DNA of 64,000 nucleotides, from assembly GCA_903821745.1 (NCBI GenBank), contig CAIJMI010000004.1, positions 152,404 to 216,403 of the forward strand. The letters run 5' to 3'. Below the pieces are notes generated by a model. The model was not told the origin of the DNA. It made no database searches and saw nothing but the letters and a program-made list of their open reading frames with translations. This stretch comes from Candidatus Gottesmanbacteria bacterium (GTDB taxonomy: Bacteria > Patescibacteriota > Microgenomatia > UBA10105 > UBA927). Shown piece by piece: positions 61,350-64,000 of this stretch. The translations under genes were made by a program, and so were the position numbers. Every line of letters starts with the position of its first letter. Positions within the stretch are counted from its first letter, which is position 1.

Positions 61350-62606
61350 ATGCTCCACCAAGTAAAACATAAGATTGCGAGTTTCCTTCCGGCTTTAAAA
61401 TCACCAAATTACCGGTTATTTTTTATTGGTCAAGGAATCTCATTGGTCGGATCTTGGATGCAGTCAGTTGCAGAACAATGGTTAGTGTATCCTGTTTTAA
61501 CTTCAAACAAATCACTTCTTGGAATAATTAGTGCCGTAAATATGGTTCCCACGCTTATTTTTGTATTGTTTGCCGGAGTGCTGGTAGATCGCATGAATAA
61601 ACGGAAAATGTTTATTGCATTTCAAATTGTGTATTCAGTTGTCGCATTTGCACTGTATATTTTAATTGTGACAAAACACATTCAACTCTGGCACATATTC
61701 GGTGCGGCAATTGTCGGAGGAACTATTTTTGCCTTTGAAAACCCAACACGTCAAACATTTATGATGGAGTTGGTGGAGAAAAAATATTTACCTTCCGCAA
61801 TGTCACTTTCCTCAGCACTGTTTAATAGTGCACGTGCCATAGGTCCAGCCGTTGCTGGAATTGTGATTGCTACACTTGGAATTGCTCCTGCGTATTTATT
61901 AAACAGCATTAGCTTTTTTGCAGTTATCACCAGCCTGTTTTTAATGAAGTTTCCACCTGTTATTCCTGAAAATAAACCGGGCGCACCATTTTTCTCCGGG
62001 TTGAAAGAAGGGATAGGGTATATTAAACAAAATAAAATTTATGTAGCGATTCTTGCAATCGTTGGAACCATGACATTTTTTTCCTGGCCCGGATCAACCC
62101 TCCAACCGGTATTTGCACATGACATTTTTAAAAAAGGTGAAGTGGGATTTGGTTTTATTCAAAGTACTTTTGGAATTGGAGCTATGATTGGAGGATTAAC
62201 ATTCGGAAAAATTTTTGAGAAGTTAAAAAGAAAACATAGATTATTGTTTTTAGCCGTTGGTATAACTGTTATTACCATGATGGGCTATGCATGGGCACCG
62301 TGGTTTTGGTTTGCACTTGTTATGCAGGGAATATCTGGATGGGCAATATCGACAGTATATGCAATTTGTGGAACTCTGATGATCATTGCGGTTCCCGGAG
62401 AGCTCCGTGGGAGAGTCTCCAGTATTTATACGTTTGTCTTCATGGGGTGTATGCCGTTCGGAGCAATTCTAGCAAGCGTATTTGTTATCAGCTTGGGTCC
62501 AAGACTGATTGTTACGTTGTGTGCAATAAGTATTGGTATGGTCATAAGTACGTTTGTACTTTTAATGAAGGGTAAGTTTCAAGCAAAAATTGCGACGATG
62601 GTATAA
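61350..62606 (+). CDS. MFS transporter
   Basis: Twelve TM helices; DRMNKRK motif. Confidence 0.8.
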   Translation: MLHQVKHKIASFLPALKSPNYRLFFIGQGISLVGSWMQSVAEQWLVYPVLTSNKSLLGIISAVNMVPTLIFVLFAGVLVDRMNKRKMFIAFQIVYSVVAFALYILIVTKHIQLWHIFGAAIVGGTIFAFENPTRQTFMMELVEKKYLPSAMSLSSALFNSARAIGPAVAGIVIATLGIAPAYLLNSISFFAVITSLFLMKFPPVIPENKPGAPFFSGLKEGIGYIKQNKIYVAILAIVGTMTFFSWPGSTLQPVFAHDIFKKGEVGFGFIQSTFGIGAMIGGLTFGKIFEKLKRKHRLLFLAVGITVITMMGYAWAPWFWFALVMQGISGWAISTVYAICGTLMIIAVPGELRGRVSSIYTFVFMGCMPFGAILASVFVISLGPRLIVTLCAISIGMVISTFVLLMKGKFQAKIATMV

Positions 62607-62617
62607 TAGCGATATTA

Positions 62618-64000
62618 ATGAAGCAGACATCTTCTGATAAAAGAATTTTAAACACAGAACAGAAAAAAGCAGTAACCTTTGGGAAAGGCCCACTCCTTAT
62701 TATTGCTGGCGCTGGCACTGGGAAAACAACAGTCATTTCAGAGCGTATTCAGTATCTCATTGCTTCTACAAAAGCATTGCCTCAGGAAATTTTGGCACTC
62801 ACCTTTACAGAAAAAGCCTCACGGGAAATGGAAGAGCGTGTGGATTTAACTATGCCGTATGGAACGACACAAATGTGGATCTCAACATTTCATGCATTCT
62901 GTGATCGAATATTGAAAAATGAAAGTCTAGCCATTGGGTTAAACCCAAATTTTAAACTCATGGGAGAAGCGGAAAGTATCCAATTTTTTACCCACCATTT
63001 ATTTGAATTTGAACTGTCATATTTTCGTCCACTCGGAAATCCAACGAAATTCGTTTCCGGTATTTTGCAGCATTTTTCAAGACTGAAAGATGAAGATGTA
63101 AGTCCCGAACAATATATGCATTGGGTGAAAAAAGGTGAAAAGACTGCAAAAAGTCCGGAAGAACGGGAAGAGAATAATAAATATCTGGAACTTGCAAAAG
63201 CGTATTTAAAATATGAAGAGCTCAAAATAAAAGAAGGACGTGCTGATTACGGAGATCTTATTGCGAATACCTTAAAAGTATTTAGGACCCGCAAAAAAAT
63301 TTTATCCCAATATCAAAAACAATTTAAATATATTCTCATTGATGAATTTCAGGATACCAACTTTGCACAAAATGAACTTGCCGTTCTTCTAGCAGGAACA
63401 AAACAAAATATTACCGTGGTTGGGGATGATGATCAGGCGATATATCGTTGGCGCGGTGCTGCAATTTCAAATATCGTTCAATTTCGAAAACATTTCAAGA
63501 AAGCGAAAATTGTTGTTTTAACAAAAAATTACCGTTCAACGCAGGAGATACTAAACCGCTCCTATGATTTGATACAACATAATAATCCAGACAGGTTAGA
63601 GGTTGTTGAAAAAATAAATAAACGGCTGGAATGCACAAGAAGAGTAAACGGGCAAAGTGTTGTGGTATTAAATGCAGAACGCGTTGAGGACGAAGCAGAG
63701 TTGGTAGCAAAGGAAATTGTAAAACTTAATAAAGATAATCTATCGTGGAAAGATATTGCCATTTTAGTCCGCGCAAACGCGCACGCAGAACCGTTCGTTC
63801 GGGCGCTCACCAGGGCCGGTATTCCACTACAATTTTTAGGTCCAGGTCAATTGTTTCGGCAGCCGGAGGTAAAGGATATCATTGCATATTTGAAACTACT
63901 GTATAACATTCATGACAGTGTCTCTATGTACCGCGTCCTTACGATGGATATCTTTAGTGTTTCACCAAGGGATGTAGCTGAAATTGTGTCTTGTGCCAAA
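62618..64000 (+). CDS. UvrD/PcrA/Rep-family DNA helicase (N-terminal part, runs off the window)
   Basis: Walker A AGAGTGKTT, motifs Ia and II (DEFQD), GDDDQAIYRWRGA. No stop codon before position 64000. Confidence 0.85.
   Translation, partial: MKQTSSDKRILNTEQKKAVTFGKGPLLIIAGAGTGKTTVISERIQYLIASTKALPQEILALTFTEKASREMEERVDLTMPYGTTQMWISTFHAFCDRILKNESLAIGLNPNFKLMGEAESIQFFTHHLFEFELSYFRPLGNPTKFVSGILQHFSRLKDEDVSPEQYMHWVKKGEKTAKSPEEREENNKYLELAKAYLKYEELKIKEGRADYGDLIANTLKVFRTRKKILSQYQKQFKYILIDEFQDTNFAQNELAVLLAGTKQNITVVGDDDQAIYRWRGAAISNIVQFRKHFKKAKIVVLTKNYRSTQEILNRSYDLIQHNNPDRLEVVEKINKRLECTRRVNGQSVVVLNAERVEDEAELVAKEIVKLNKDNLSWKDIAILVRANAHAEPFVRALTRAGIPLQFLGPGQLFRQPEVKDIIAYLKLLYNIHDSVSMYRVLTMDIFSVSPRDVAEIVSCAK

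Overview
This is an AT-rich, very compact 64 kb window with almost no intergenic space, many 4-nt start/stop overlaps, and genes that mostly use AGGAGG-type ribosome-binding sites and the standard stop codons. I infer a small-genome bacterium, possibly of the Patescibacteria/CPR type; that assignment is inference only. I call about 70 protein-coding genes, one tRNA and several regulatory sites.

Recognisable content, in order:
- Two-component system, GNAT acetyltransferase, two P-type ATPases, and an ECF sigma/anti-sigma/ferritin-like (DUF2202) stress module.
- ArsR plus an NrdH-like glutaredoxin; a SET-domain protein overlapping a triple topoisomerase-type zinc-ribbon (YrdD-like) protein.
- A 3'-5' exonuclease, a frameshifted MFS transporter, patatin, UppP, ferredoxin, an RRM RNA-binding protein and two tandem class A penicillin-binding proteins.
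- Glycolysis (PGK, GAPDH) and nucleotide salvage genes.
- A cobalamin module: NrdR, class II adenosylcobalamin-dependent ribonucleotide reductase, PduO-type cob(I)alamin adenosyltransferase, a DUF4430 transcobalamin-like protein and a small ECF-S/BtuM-like membrane protein.
- A block of unknown function: a 542-aa soluble protein, a Pro/Ser/Thr-rich protein, a membrane-anchored VirB4/VirD4/HerA-superfamily ATPase, an ATP-grasp enzyme and an HTH-LAGLIDADG-like protein, ending at tRNA-Ile(UAU).
- IPP isomerase, TsaD, MFS, VanW, an ABC substrate-binding protein and CIRCE-groES-groEL.
- A polyprenyl-phosphate glycan cluster (UbiA/DPPR-like, WecA-like, GT-C, processive GT2 with QxxRW, DPM-synthase-like GT2), then TatD, MetRS, RmuC, MFS and a partial UvrD/PcrA helicase.

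The most interesting signals:
- Two near-identical ~80-nt riboswitch-like leaders bracket the B12-uptake gene pair; the second precedes the unknown ATPase block.
- That ATPase block itself is uncharacterised.
- The tRNA has a UAU anticodon and a swapped A54/U58 T-loop pair.
- A dispersed intergenic repeat family carries an exact shared 14-mer.
- A homopolymer frameshift splits an MFS transporter gene.
- There are candidate CIRCE and NrdR-box operators and a leaderless arsR promoter.
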